Source of the DNA: an uncultured Candidatus Saccharibacteria bacterium
GTDB lineage: Bacteria > Patescibacteriota > Minisyncoccia > Phycocordibacterales > UBA6899
Assembly: GCA_964386905.1 (NCBI GenBank)
Contig: CAYLUP010000002.1
Span: 64,522 to 128,521 of the forward strand
Reading direction: 5' to 3'
Length of the DNA: 64,000 nucleotides
The notes beneath the pieces are model-generated. The model was not told the DNA's origin and did not search any database. It saw nothing but the letters and a program-made list of their open reading frames with translations. A program made the translations under genes and the position numbers. Below are positions 57,301-64,000 of the stretch, piece after piece (position 1 is the first letter of the stretch; each line of letters starts with the position of its first letter).

Positions 57301-60300
57301 TGTAAAGTATGCTGGTGCCGGAAATCTCTCAAATGTGGAGTTGTCACGACGCTGGCTCACGATTGGTGATTCGGGACAGGCTGGACAAACAATCACAAAT
57401 GCAGATCTGAAGCTGTTTGATAATTATAATGAATCATTAGCCCAAACACGTGCGGACATCTTCTTTAATGTCGACGGTTCAGACAATCTTACTGCATGTG
57501 CAAGTGCACCGTGTAGTGATGCGTCTATCGTCGTGGCAACAGGAACAACCTGGAGGCCGAAAGCATCAGGAACAAGTGTAAGTACACTTTCTTCTCTTGT
57601 ATTAAATGGAGAGGTGACAGCTGATGCAAATACGATAAAGATTGGAGGTGATTGGAGGAATACAGGAACATTTACCCCTGGAACATCTGTTGTGATTTTT
57701 ACTGCAACCTCAAGTACACGAATACTCAATAATACAGGTGCTGCACAATACAAATTTTACTCAGTGACATTCGGAGAGGGTTCGTCTTCAGCGACATGGC
57801 AATTGCAATCACCGCTGTACACGAATGGAGATCTTGTGGTGAATTATGGTACGCTTTCTCCGCTTTCACAGCCTATTTCGATTGAGAAGAGTTTATCTCT
57901 TGGTTCGAACGGGGTATTCCTAAAGGGGACAGCAACAACAACATTCCTTGGAACTGCTGTTGCGACATGGTCTGACTTGACTGCTCTGCAGCAAGACATG
58001 GGAAATGTGCTTGTTGATGGTTCGCCAAAGACACTTACCCTAAGTACCCCCGCAAAAGCAACCTCACTCACCATTGCAGATGGAGATACGTTTGCATTTG
58101 GAGTGAACACGTTAACACTTTCTTCGCACTTCACAAATAATGGATATATTAATTCCGGTTCGGGGCGCCTCTCTATTGCCGCATCTGGAACAGCTAATGT
58201 GAAGCAGGGCGGACAGACGTTGAATAATGTGACACTTGCAAGCGGGACAGTGACTTGGATTGATGCACATGCAACAACCACGGGTGATCTCTTGATCTCG
58301 GGTGGGGCAGTAAACCTGCCGGCACAATCACTCGCGGTGGGAGGAAGCTTCTTGCACACGGCTGGATCTTTCGCAGCTCCGCTGACAACGCGCATGACAT
58401 CGAATGTATCAGGAAAGCAGCTTTCTCTTCTGTCGTCACTTCAGACTCTTGAGTTTGTTGGCACTGGAGCCTGGTCATTTATCTCATCAGCAACCACAAC
58501 TGGGACAACGAGTATCCAGTCTGGGTCTGTGACACTCCCTTCTGGCATACTCGCCGTTGGAGGAAATCTCGTCGTGTCTCCAACTGCGACATTGCAATCA
58601 AATACTGGGACAGTCAGAATGTATGGAGCATCTGCGACCATACAGCTCAACGGAAAACAGCTCTCATCTCTTGTTGTGGCATCTGGGTCTTCGGCGGCAC
58701 TACAAGATGCGACGGCGACATTCCTCGGGTCTCTTACTGTTGATGCTTCTGGCGTGTTTACTCCCGCATCAAGCAGCACCTTGACCATTGGCGGTTCGTT
58801 AATAAATAATGGATCATTTATTGCAAATGCATCTCATGTCATTATGAATCGTGCAGCAGGTCCTGCGACTCTGAGTATTGGTTCATCCATGTTGAGCAAG
58901 TTGACTATCTCTGGTGCGGGAAGTTTCAGTATTATAGGAAATACTCGCGTGACATCCGATTTCGCATTAGGAAATGTAGGAGCCTTTAGTATGGAGAGCG
59001 GACGCGAGTTACGAGTTGATGGGTTTTATACAACAACTGCACAACAGGCAAATACAACATGGACGGGGTCTACGCTGCGTTTGACTTCTGGCGCAACCAT
59101 GAGTGCAAACACAAAAACAACAGGTGGGGATAGTTACGGAAGTATCATTCTGGATGAAAATACTCAATTACGTTTATGGAACTCTGATGCAGTATCAATA
59201 ACAACGAATGCGGGAAGTAGCGTGTATGCGCAAAACTGGGCAAACGTATCGGGAGCGCTTCGCATTTATGGAACCTATACTCAGCAATCAGGTACTGCAT
59301 GGTGGAGTTATGCAACTGATTTTGATGGCACAGCACTTCCATCTGGAAGTGAGCGAACTGCTACTGTCGCCATTGCGCCAGGATCATCTGTCGCTTTTGC
59401 AACATCATCCGCTCTTGCTGTGATTGGAGATGCTGGCGCGTCAACCACAGTGGCAACGATTGGTGTAGGAAATTATGCTATGAGTTTTGCTTCGTCTACA
59501 CTCTCTGCCCAATTTGCAACATTCAGTGGTATGAATACCTCTGGACTCTCGTTGTCTGGTGCAACAAATATTGCAGTATTGAGCGATGTGTCGTTTACAA
59601 CTGATATTAATGCGGGAAATATCATGACGTTTACAGCGGATGTTGTAAACGCGAATGCAGGAGAACAGTATTATCGCGTCGGCTTTGACAGATCTTCTCT
59701 TTCTGCGACAAACATCCGTGTTTTGTCAGCAACAACGCAATCTCTTCGTTTTAAACAGCATTATGGAAATATTGACGGGGAATCATTTGACAATGATCCA
59801 ACGGGGAATCCAGGAGAAATTCGATGGGATGATTCAAATTATCTCATCACGATTTCAGGTACCGTTTATAGTGACGCAGGTGTCACGCCAATGGATGCTT
59901 CTGTTTGCGATGGAGCAACCCCAGCAGTAACGATAAAAGTTTCTGGTGGTGGATCTTTCACTGGTCCATGTGATGTTGGTGGGACATTTAGTATCCCTAA
60001 TGTCTCCTTTACTGGAGAAACAACGATGTCTATCTTCCTGGATGACACTGGTGCGCAGGCAGTAACGGTAACACGAGGCGCGTCTGTTGATTTGTCGGGA
60101 ATCCGGCTCTATCAAAATCGTGTCATTCTTCGTCATGAAGACGTGACCCCAATGACTATCGCAGCATTGTCTGATTTTGACGTGGATGATGATAGCGACA
60201 TGATCTTTACTGCAAATGGAGGTACTCTGTCTGTTCCAGGTACGGCTGAGCTTTGGGTTTGGAGTGGAAAAACATTCACTCCTGGGGGAAACGTGACAAC

Positions 60301-63300
60301 GGCAGCTGGTGGAACTATTGGATATGGTGGTGCGTTTCACTTAGACAATAGTGCCACTTATACCGCATCTTCTGGTGAAATTATCACCATAGGTGGACGA
60401 TTCCAAATGGATTCAAGCGCAATACTGAATGCTGCATCATCAACTTTTGTCTTTAATCCATCAGATACACGAACATTGACTGCAACCGCCCCAATTGTGT
60501 TCCATAATCTAGAGAAGACTGGCGTTGGAACACTAACCGTGAGTTCGACAATGGCAATCGGTGGTACATTCACGATTACAATGGGAACATTGTCTGGTGT
60601 TGGGAGTATTACTGCACAACAAGGGATAGTGGGAGATGGAACTGTATCTCTTACAGGGGGGACAGTGACGCTTCCCAATGGTGGATTCTTTGGTGGAAAT
60701 ACTGCCTGGACAGTCAATAATTTGGTTCTTGGAGATACGGGTACTTCTACAACCATAAAGACTGGAGCCGGGACAACGACAGTACGAGCATTACTCACAG
60801 TGAGGAGTCAACACAGTCTTGATCTCAATGCAACGCCCTTGGTGTTTACTGGATCAAATACTGTCCTGTCTGTTCTGGGATCTATTGATACTACCGGTGC
60901 AACCATTACTTATGCGCCAACAGGAACAGTGAGTGTTGCAAATATTCCGTATACCAATCTTTCTTTCATGGGAACAGGAACAAGCACCTTGCCTGCTATG
61001 CAGTTGCAGGTTGCTGGAAATATGACTATTGGAGGCGGAGCATCAACCCCAAAAGTGACAGCTCTGGTCAATGACCCAACAATTACCGTTGGCGGAAACA
61101 TTTCCATTGCCTCTGGCGCTCGATTTACTGCATCTGATGTTGGAACACTATTTGTTTCCGGGAGCTGGACAAATGCAGGAGTCTTTACACACTCACTTGG
61201 CTCTGTTCAGTTCACTGGGGGTGGAGTTAAGACAGTGAATCCAGGGTCCTCTCCGTTCGGGAATATTTCCTTCGCAGACGATCTTGGCTCATGGACTATT
61301 TTGGAAAATGCTACTGCTACAAATATGGTTATTGCGTCAACCTCTGCATTTACCATGGCAAGCGGGAGAACTTTGGAAATTACAGGAAGTTTCAGTAACG
61401 CTGTTGGTGGCACTGCGACAACATGGACTGGTGCAACGCTGTTTGTGAATAGTGGAACACGTTCGGAAATAAATACAAAGACTGCAGGTGCTGATACGTA
61501 TGATATTGTTCGTGTTGGGGCTAATACACAGACAGTGTTCTGGAACTCATCATCAACGCAGTTTGTTGCACAGCCTACTGGTGGTGCACTTTCTCTGAAT
61601 CACGCAGGAATCGCTGGTGATGCCTATGTGTTTGGTGATTACACTCGAAGCACGGGCACAGAGTATTGGAGTTATTACAAGGATTTTGATGGAGCAGTCT
61701 TAAATGCGGGTGACTTACGAGCTCCACGGATTCGATTCGCACCATCTTCTACAGCATCATTTGTTGGTACAAGTGCGATTGAACTTGTTGGTGTTGCTTC
61801 TGCAACAACAACTGTTGAGGCGCTCTCAGGGTCCTACGGATTGAATTTTGGTGGGGCAACATCAACACTTCAGTTTGTAGATTTCTCTGGCATGAATGCA
61901 ACAGGCATTCAGTTTACTGGTTCTGGAAAAGTGACACAGTTTGATGATATTGTGCTTCGAAACCCTTCTGGGGTTGGGACAATGGTGTCTCTTGCAGCCT
62001 CTGTCATTACGGCAAATCCACTTCGTACAACGTATCGCAATGCATTCATTGCACCAGGCGGAACAAATATTTCTGTGACTGGAACAACAACATCCGCTTG
62101 GCGTATTCGCAACCACTACGGTGGGAGAGATGGTGAAGCGTTTGATGGTGATCCTGCAGGAGATCCGGGATATGTTATTTGGGATGATTCTGCTGCACAG
62201 ATTTATATTTCTGGAAAAGTACTCCAAAGTGATGGTGTAACAGTGTCGTCTGCGTGTAATGGTGTTTCTCAGTATGTTGCATTAAAAGTGCAAGGGTCTG
62301 GAACATTGACGTCTGCATGTAGTGCTGTTGATGGGAGTTACTCAATCGGTCCGATTGTATATGCTCCGTATGACACTCTTGCTGTATACACTACAGCTGC
62401 AAGCGGGGTTCAGGCGGTTTCATATGCATACCGTCCGATGACGAATATTGGTGATTATGATTTGTACGAACGTACGATTATCCTTCGAAATGAACAAGAT
62501 GCGATTACCAATGCCGGCATAAACTCCTATGATAAAGATAATGACGCAAATATCCCGGTACGGGTGACGGGGAGTGCGCTCGTTACAGATACAAATTCGA
62601 AAGTCATCGTCTGGGATGGAAAGAAATACCAGCCACAAGGATCAGTCACTGTAGGAAGCAACATGAATGCTTCCTCTATCGACGGAGACGTTGAACTGCG
62701 TACGCAGGCATCTTGGATAACTGGTGCTGGGGAACAATACACCATTGGAGGAGACCTTGTTGTTCTTTCACAAGGCCAGGTTCTTGGTATGTCGGGAGAA
62801 TTCATCTTTACTTCGGCTGTTGCCGGGAAATCAGTGTCAGCGCTTTCTTCTACAACGTTGCCGTCACTTCGCTTTAATGGTACGGGGAGCTGGTCTCTGT
62901 CTGGTTTCGCATCAACCACTGGGACACTTCTCGTTTCTCAGGGAACCGTAGCGCTCCCGGCAAGCACCTTCGGTATTGGTGGGAGTTTCACTAATCAGGG
63001 TACTGTACAATCAAATAACGGAACACTATTCTTTGAGGCAACAACAACAGGGAATCAGATTCGCACAAATGGGAGCACATTTGGAACGCTTCTATTTACG
63101 GGAGTGGGCTCATGGGAGTTTATGGATTCCGCAACCACGACTGGGGCATTCACTGTTGCGTCTGGTACCGTGAAGCTTCCGGCAGGATCGTTATCTGTTG
63201 GTCTCGACTTCGAGAATACTGGAGGTTCGTTTATCGCAAACGGTGGTACGGTCATTGTGCGTGGAGCTGGCACACGGAAGGTCGCTCCGGGCGGGTCAGC

Positions 63301-64000
63301 TTTCCACACACTTCGAGTTGAAAATGGGGATTATGTACTTGGTGTACAGCATGCAACATCGACTGGCGATGTGACTGTTGCTTCGGGTTCACTTGAATTA
63401 CCAACGGAGCGATTCGCTGTTGGGGGTTCATTCAGAAATTCGGGAACCTTTATTGCAGGCGCTTCGTCGACTGTAATCATGAATGCGACATCAACAGGGA
63501 AGATTATAAACCCAGGAACATCATCATTTACCCATGTCATTGTTCAGGGTCCTGGGGGTGGATTCACGTTGGAGTCTAGTGCGACAAGTACGGGGGCATT
63601 TGAAATAAAAACAGCAAATGCATTCGTTGTCTCGCCATCGGTTCGATTGGTGGTTCGTGAGCAGTTCTTGAATGCTGTTGGTGGTACGTGGACCGGGTCT
63701 ACGCTCAGATTAGAGAAGGTGGGAACATCAACCATAAACCTGAAGACAGACCCGGGTGCGGCATATAATACTGTTGAGCTTGGTCCTGGTGCACAGGTTC
63801 GCTCGTGGAAGTCATCTTATGGAACCGTAAACTTCGCATCGTCTTCTGCAATCTATTCACAGAATGACAATAACGTAAATGGCGCACTTCGTATCTATGG
63901 AGAGTATCGCAATACTGCGACAACAGACCACTGGTCCGCAACAACTGACTTTGATGGCTCCGCAGTCGCATCTCGTGCAGCCTCTGTCCGATTTGCATCT
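48314..64000 (+). CDS. Giant cell-surface protein gene, 3'-partial. It has at least 5229 codons in the window and is absent from the ORF track because it has no in-window stop.
   Basis: Frame open from TAG at 48287-48289 to the window end; the ATG-to-stop track lists no frame-2 ORF anywhere in 48.3-64 kb. I checked about 12 kb of lines by hand at 48314-53580, 56641, 58981, 60301, 62221 and 62461-62580. Start is uncertain: the first ATG is at 48314, and candidates 48461 or 48488 precede the signal/TM MVWMSTAAFVIFLSATMTVFAL. The product has an acidic S/T/P-rich linker, Cys-containing domains, three phage-tail-collar-like HxH modules, Fn3-like pairs (FNHAK...YWWRVRA), W-rich propeller-like repeats, prealbumin-like domains (ISGTVYSDAGV...), beta-helix-like T/G/S-rich repeats and ~2.3-kb super-repeats. 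The small ORFs listed on both strands here are overlap shadows of this frame. Confidence 0.75.
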   Translation, partial: MTKTSWRNWFSRCVRRVFFSLRGFFVGAQNHSVVRFGRRIWALFQQSFRMISTQKRSKMVWMSTAAFVIFLSATMTVFALRAKAEKEVHAYISPSYVTGEGFERVEAALVQDFSVDARFSDFTPEYVARVAFGSFAQTVEESVQEELLSSTTTPSATTTESTSGAPADTGVVPAETTSVSESSTVPASEESSSAPSLENPIETNGAQSAPEAPSTEPLSFLRSIVSPKTILAQETPESAPVSVAEDTPESTLVVEGVEAVTAPVQDDNTFSVDATSSATIVSDTVKEEKENRDPYAIASCSVFSKPCHMAVFEGFGVGTELSQYPVRNAEVVFSVAAKSLPTEQHDRLLVRAYKNGRWVFLGEHVVRGETDNAFRGGYLRFPLELSSWSDLSDMIVVAEYVREGESDSTLLLDAAWVDVGFEAAESPDDLALFSPNVKSALLSRDAERRAKERDTLDVGAGAVVHFENTISDLPSAKLRVATTKEKHAVLGTGEEYVAVTNFSNATEQVRLSFFFPDGNGRVTSLSKYVHNAPVKNVETEVTPIAYVCESPWVIASSSLDVSSNEDVGISEYTCLQTEEKRSCASLSDDATNCYSEVTTMTDANATVFRRGFYVDAITGGPFSDEQSIFGKALSALLLDMPEGIIPSSSAEVSHSQTYDIEPGATKYFKFAYNVPLNARSDVYIQAVSSGGAYGLSKIVADGSWNWRVPVDVGLPYATFGEEAVVPISLDRMPQEFWTTVHEDGLDIRVSDERGVVELPSWVSEFNFAQRKGLVWVRLPHGSGVMPRVYLYAGNSEAASKMAPEKPFLSSSLIERAVVMSEDEEVSSVKITALADDTRVRVGDAAEKNLVYGETVLYEHVPHGALVYANGPVAVHALSLSSRAIALPFGVAGNEFGIAEKYGEFYVASTRPEESALSLDQNEEVLVPYGLTHFSEHESSAFSVRLPSVAALFDEQEILPLLSRTSDERLRFSASALLDQKADAVRAVCPNGYAYGVFDVSGASLATTTCGNILNGPFEHGMLLRVLPTVGKTSPGALFSYVLRGNEYPMLQSAALSRGTAGFDPEVAFGAPEFVVPGEHRIFDIEGEKERAHVSRFLSKQREFAAEENPTFRFQYVPQSGGFFRTLRSLVGAAPFAITNVSVEQAGAVLPITPVVSYGSSLEWTVTIDKKEATKIVPGKLLLRMTIKEGGQTYEDVYDFYWGLLAVNFNKATYEQGEIADIWLGALSETGNTVCDAKLKIFITDTASSTVEVPVVQSGKCDGNSVVDVPDYSASYPVVDVGVHSVRVLRLDEQDNVIAEVRSHFNAVSRSPFVIERKGPTRINPTAPYSMTLRVFAREAYEGQIVEQIPADFEVLERGGSTLRWKDDSQQIKEAVWSVKMKAGEIYQFTYTFDAADKSPYIYFLGPARIGDTDSLYIEPREWQIASDVAGNMLIYWDGGTTPPGWTCVSCLGTDPFYQRYPMGSSTPSINGGATTHTHTFTTSVSSAIYSTSILVNTGIPATLVYKDHTHAFTPTFATGSNLPPSMSLRILRANAVGDVPIPQNAIVMFESTPPSGWTTYSTLDGNFPYGDSGIFNTQGSATHSHALSGTLGTYSGGSLYRSTTFGIYPKVANTTHGHAVTATSTNTISNDPPYVTYMLGKASAAGALPNGAITMWDNDPASGWVHLSVDGAVMSNRFVKAMSSAGATGGLSHHEHTDTTNIPTGASNSNTSSASLSGSFGSNPNHTHTVDYTLFSDAVTLPPYRTVVFAKRSVGVPEFTQTAFRFYDNVNDPLPVDPWPAGAVDVAEGMSIEDVAYRIKPGSTFRLRVSAQISNATATASTTPLKLQYSTDGACSTALNWNDVGTPGGSAPLRGYDNTLVSQGTQLASVVLASSTLSSVQFYSESSSAQAFTQDAGIGTYAEFDWVLQAGTSLASSSRYCLRMVEGSGKVFGQYSAFPSFLSNSAPIAPVLQTQFNHAKILTLTPTLTFAASDEEGNPMHYAIEIDDDPNFGSPVVSHSTTNNSAYFSNLTTLSNKAPYNNADTIQYTVQNGALANNTTYWWRVRAMDPTGSTQYGLWSSARAFTTDTSLATSAWFQTTDAQFVQNTLENITISGNAARLTGGQTSGTMYSPSIVFNAGPMGTVWGSLLFTDDGGAGITYQVEYQDEQQNWVLIPDTALSGNSTGFGSSPVSLTSVDPQFYPAIRLRANFTNSGTPVLSDWGVNWAYKTLAPILSSPFNHAKVSTTTPALLFASTDPLNRPVTYEVQYSTDPTFTTSTTCNSDSSCTAGFKNIDTPADTSPFTSAERVEFTFQTPLTNGTTYFYRVRGYGFGSGAWSFWSEVRAFTVDTAATTYPTWFQTMKGQWDADTLSGTYANPSHSVAVATTSDRVLVVYGDGSNSRPKYRFYENGVLGTAKEMLSINSTVLWAVARPSLVNDQFVVGTMGADRDVRFQVFENGIWSRLFTLTDTSPSDKRRSFDVAYESQSGRAVAVACSGTDAVYAIFDGSTWGSVQNLDLPFTTNCELVKMASSPTQNQIIALFRNTGSTFRAEVWNGTQWDNGSAMSFSASAQIQEPAHDGMAIEYERTSGKAVAVVSNNTTRGFRYRVWSGNNWGTETAYALLGGNDGNRTNAQFEWGNLRRSPTSNDLMLCGISQYSPTDDGAYTEFVRWNAVTPAWEPTTASKLGEYWPYSRHAQSNDCVYETKSGRANKLVYVADESWQVADGSASYNRTIFDVLSNTTNMASAWQSGASYTTRIWSTYAAYRWYAGETWTSRLERASYSGDILGISLMRNSLSYIFRMWNGSAWSSAITMGASSVTTKPYGQPYDMSAQQGLTQGKVFSSPIVFADGNGPSWRQARFTTTRPVGTTALISVEYESSPGNWERVPDAVIPGNSTGTSTSPIDLSGLNSSVYSVIRLRADLTCNGFATCPTLDDWTVEWAAGLNISGIARDNDRTTALTSGTVKVAVNGVEQVGKTGAISGTGTWTISGVNYKNGETVTVWIDNPGVANRAVSVVKYAGAGNLSNVELSRRWLTIGDSGQAGQTITNADLKLFDNYNESLAQTRADIFFNVDGSDNLTACASAPCSDASIVVATGTTWRPKASGTSVSTLSSLVLNGEVTADANTIKIGGDWRNTGTFTPGTSVVIFTATSSTRILNNTGAAQYKFYSVTFGEGSSSATWQLQSPLYTNGDLVVNYGTLSPLSQPISIEKSLSLGSNGVFLKGTATTTFLGTAVATWSDLTALQQDMGNVLVDGSPKTLTLSTPAKATSLTIADGDTFAFGVNTLTLSSHFTNNGYINSGSGRLSIAASGTANVKQGGQTLNNVTLASGTVTWIDAHATTTGDLLISGGAVNLPAQSLAVGGSFLHTAGSFAAPLTTRMTSNVSGKQLSLLSSLQTLEFVGTGAWSFISSATTTGTTSIQSGSVTLPSGILAVGGNLVVSPTATLQSNTGTVRMYGASATIQLNGKQLSSLVVASGSSAALQDATATFLGSLTVDASGVFTPASSSTLTIGGSLINNGSFIANASHVIMNRAAGPATLSIGSSMLSKLTISGAGSFSIIGNTRVTSDFALGNVGAFSMESGRELRVDGFYTTTAQQANTTWTGSTLRLTSGATMSANTKTTGGDSYGSIILDENTQLRLWNSDAVSITTNAGSSVYAQNWANVSGALRIYGTYTQQSGTAWWSYATDFDGTALPSGSERTATVAIAPGSSVAFATSSALAVIGDAGASTTVATIGVGNYAMSFASSTLSAQFATFSGMNTSGLSLSGATNIAVLSDVSFTTDINAGNIMTFTADVVNANAGEQYYRVGFDRSSLSATNIRVLSATTQSLRFKQHYGNIDGESFDNDPTGNPGEIRWDDSNYLITISGTVYSDAGVTPMDASVCDGATPAVTIKVSGGGSFTGPCDVGGTFSIPNVSFTGETTMSIFLDDTGAQAVTVTRGASVDLSGIRLYQNRVILRHEDVTPMTIAALSDFDVDDDSDMIFTANGGTLSVPGTAELWVWSGKTFTPGGNVTTAAGGTIGYGGAFHLDNSATYTASSGEIITIGGRFQMDSSAILNAASSTFVFNPSDTRTLTATAPIVFHNLEKTGVGTLTVSSTMAIGGTFTITMGTLSGVGSITAQQGIVGDGTVSLTGGTVTLPNGGFFGGNTAWTVNNLVLGDTGTSTTIKTGAGTTTVRALLTVRSQHSLDLNATPLVFTGSNTVLSVLGSIDTTGATITYAPTGTVSVANIPYTNLSFMGTGTSTLPAMQLQVAGNMTIGGGASTPKVTALVNDPTITVGGNISIASGARFTASDVGTLFVSGSWTNAGVFTHSLGSVQFTGGGVKTVNPGSSPFGNISFADDLGSWTILENATATNMVIASTSAFTMASGRTLEITGSFSNAVGGTATTWTGATLFVNSGTRSEINTKTAGADTYDIVRVGANTQTVFWNSSSTQFVAQPTGGALSLNHAGIAGDAYVFGDYTRSTGTEYWSYYKDFDGAVLNAGDLRAPRIRFAPSSTASFVGTSAIELVGVASATTTVEALSGSYGLNFGGATSTLQFVDFSGMNATGIQFTGSGKVTQFDDIVLRNPSGVGTMVSLAASVITANPLRTTYRNAFIAPGGTNISVTGTTTSAWRIRNHYGGRDGEAFDGDPAGDPGYVIWDDSAAQIYISGKVLQSDGVTVSSACNGVSQYVALKVQGSGTLTSACSAVDGSYSIGPIVYAPYDTLAVYTTAASGVQAVSYAYRPMTNIGDYDLYERTIILRNEQDAITNAGINSYDKDNDANIPVRVTGSALVTDTNSKVIVWDGKKYQPQGSVTVGSNMNASSIDGDVELRTQASWITGAGEQYTIGGDLVVLSQGQVLGMSGEFIFTSAVAGKSVSALSSTTLPSLRFNGTGSWSLSGFASTTGTLLVSQGTVALPASTFGIGGSFTNQGTVQSNNGTLFFEATTTGNQIRTNGSTFGTLLFTGVGSWEFMDSATTTGAFTVASGTVKLPAGSLSVGLDFENTGGSFIANGGTVIVRGAGTRKVAPGGSAFHTLRVENGDYVLGVQHATSTGDVTVASGSLELPTERFAVGGSFRNSGTFIAGASSTVIMNATSTGKIINPGTSSFTHVIVQGPGGGFTLESSATSTGAFEIKTANAFVVSPSVRLVVREQFLNAVGGTWTGSTLRLEKVGTSTINLKTDPGAAYNTVELGPGAQVRSWKSSYGTVNFASSSAIYSQNDNNVNGALRIYGEYRNTATTDHWSATTDFDGSAVASRAASVRFAS
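52600..53580 (+). other. Triple phage tail-collar-like (MdpB-type) module inside the giant CDS.
   Basis: Three consecutive ~95-aa units: IYWDGGTTPPGWTCVSCLGTDPFYQRYPMGSSTPSINGGATTHTHTF; IVMFESTPPSGWTTYSTLDGNFPYGDSGIFNTQGSATHSHAL; ITMWDNDPASGWVHLSVDGAVMSNRFVKAMSSAGATGGLSHHEHTD. A trailing NPNHTHTVDY follows. The pattern (hydrophobic-x-W/F ... PxGW ... G ... G ... HxH) is that of phage tail collar domains. Confidence 0.5.
59050..61420 (+). repeat. Super-repeat copy A (~2.37 kb, ~790 aa) within the giant CDS.
   Basis: Ordered markers TWTGSTLRLTSGATMSANTKTTGGDSYG ... DFDGTALPSGSERTATVAIAPGSS ... SAQFATFSGMNTSGLSLSGATN ... HYGNIDGESFDNDPTGNPGEIRWDDSNYLITISGTVYSDAGV recur in the same order in copy B. 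Confidence 0.6.
61420..63690 (+). repeat. Super-repeat copy B (~2.27 kb) within the giant CDS.
   Basis: TWTGATLFVNSGTRSEINTKTAGADTYD ... DFDGAVLNAGDLRAPRIRFAPSST ... TLQFVDFSGMNATGIQFTGSGK ... HYGGRDGEAFDGDPAGDPGYVIWDDSAAQIYISGKVLQSDGV. Each marker is collinear with copy A at a ~2.3-2.4-kb offset. The DNA has diverged while the protein shows moderate identity. Confidence 0.6.
63690..64000 (+). repeat. Super-repeat copy C (start only; continues beyond the window).
   Basis: TWTGSTLRLEKVGTSTINLKTDPGAAYN ... YGEYRNTATTDHWSATTDFDGSAVASRAASVRFAS repeats the opening markers of copies A and B. Confidence 0.5.

Noticed and set aside
48222-63998. About 120 short ORFs (60-184 aa) listed on both strands and in + frames 0 and 1 between 48.2 and 64 kb, e.g. 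52133..52687(-), 58441..58788(-) and 53667..54200(+).
   Set aside because: They all lie inside the single long frame-2 reading frame (48314 to window end). Their translations are low-complexity or rich in rare residues, typical of alternate-frame or antisense shadows of a Thr/Gly/Ser-rich gene. None was annotated.
1-64000. Alternative genetic code (UGA reassigned, as in some CPR lineages).
   Set aside because: Conserved genes (mreB, def, fmt, priA, frr, rseP, uppP, engB) give full-length products under the standard code with TAA/TAG/TGA stops, so code 11 fits.

Overview
This 64-kb window comes from a bacterial chromosome that reads correctly with the standard genetic code; universal genes are intact and use TAA/TAG/TGA stops. 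Conserved genes include engB, an RRM RNA-binding protein, a YggU/DUF167 protein, a NUDIX hydrolase, a cyclophilin PPIase, a PspC protein, a guanylate-kinase-like gene, rlmD, prmC, tRNA-Arg(CCG), uppP, hpf, the priA-def-fmt operon, mreB, holB-like, frr and rseP. Between them sits an unusually dense set of cell-surface genes. From 1-8.2 kb and 20-23 kb, large secreted proteins sharing a conserved C-terminal tail are each paired with single-pass two-domain anchors whose architecture resembles DUF916/DUF3324 (Csc/WxL-type) proteins. From 23.2-28.8 kb there is a cohesin-dockerin locus: a dockerin protein with a Myxococcus-type Cys-rich repeat, two membrane-anchored cohesin proteins, and a cohesin+dockerin adaptor-like protein, next to two orphan CheY-like receivers. 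A sensor kinase, an ABC/FtsX-type transporter, Fn3-repeat and Ig-like lipoproteins, and DsbA- and VKOR-type thioredoxin-like oxidoreductases accompany them. The most striking feature is not in the ORF track because it has no in-window stop: one continuous frame from 48314 to the window end, at least 5229 codons. It encodes a giant membrane-anchored surface protein with a triple phage-tail-collar-like HxH module, Fn3 pairs, a W-rich propeller-like region, prealbumin-like domains, beta-helix-like G/T/S-rich repeats, and tandem ~2.3-kb super-repeats that continue past the window. Further findings: an about 1150-aa RodZ-like bitopic protein directly upstream of mreB; a tRNA-like palindromic element duplicating the tRNA-Arg 3' half immediately downstream of it; and a composite repeat family flanking engB. 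Intergenic regions carry many clean hairpin-plus-T-run terminators. The small-genome, surface-protein-rich content would fit an uncultivated lineage such as CPR/Patescibacteria, but that is inference only. Text-indexed coordinates for terminators, repeats and the tRNA may be off by 1-2 nt.
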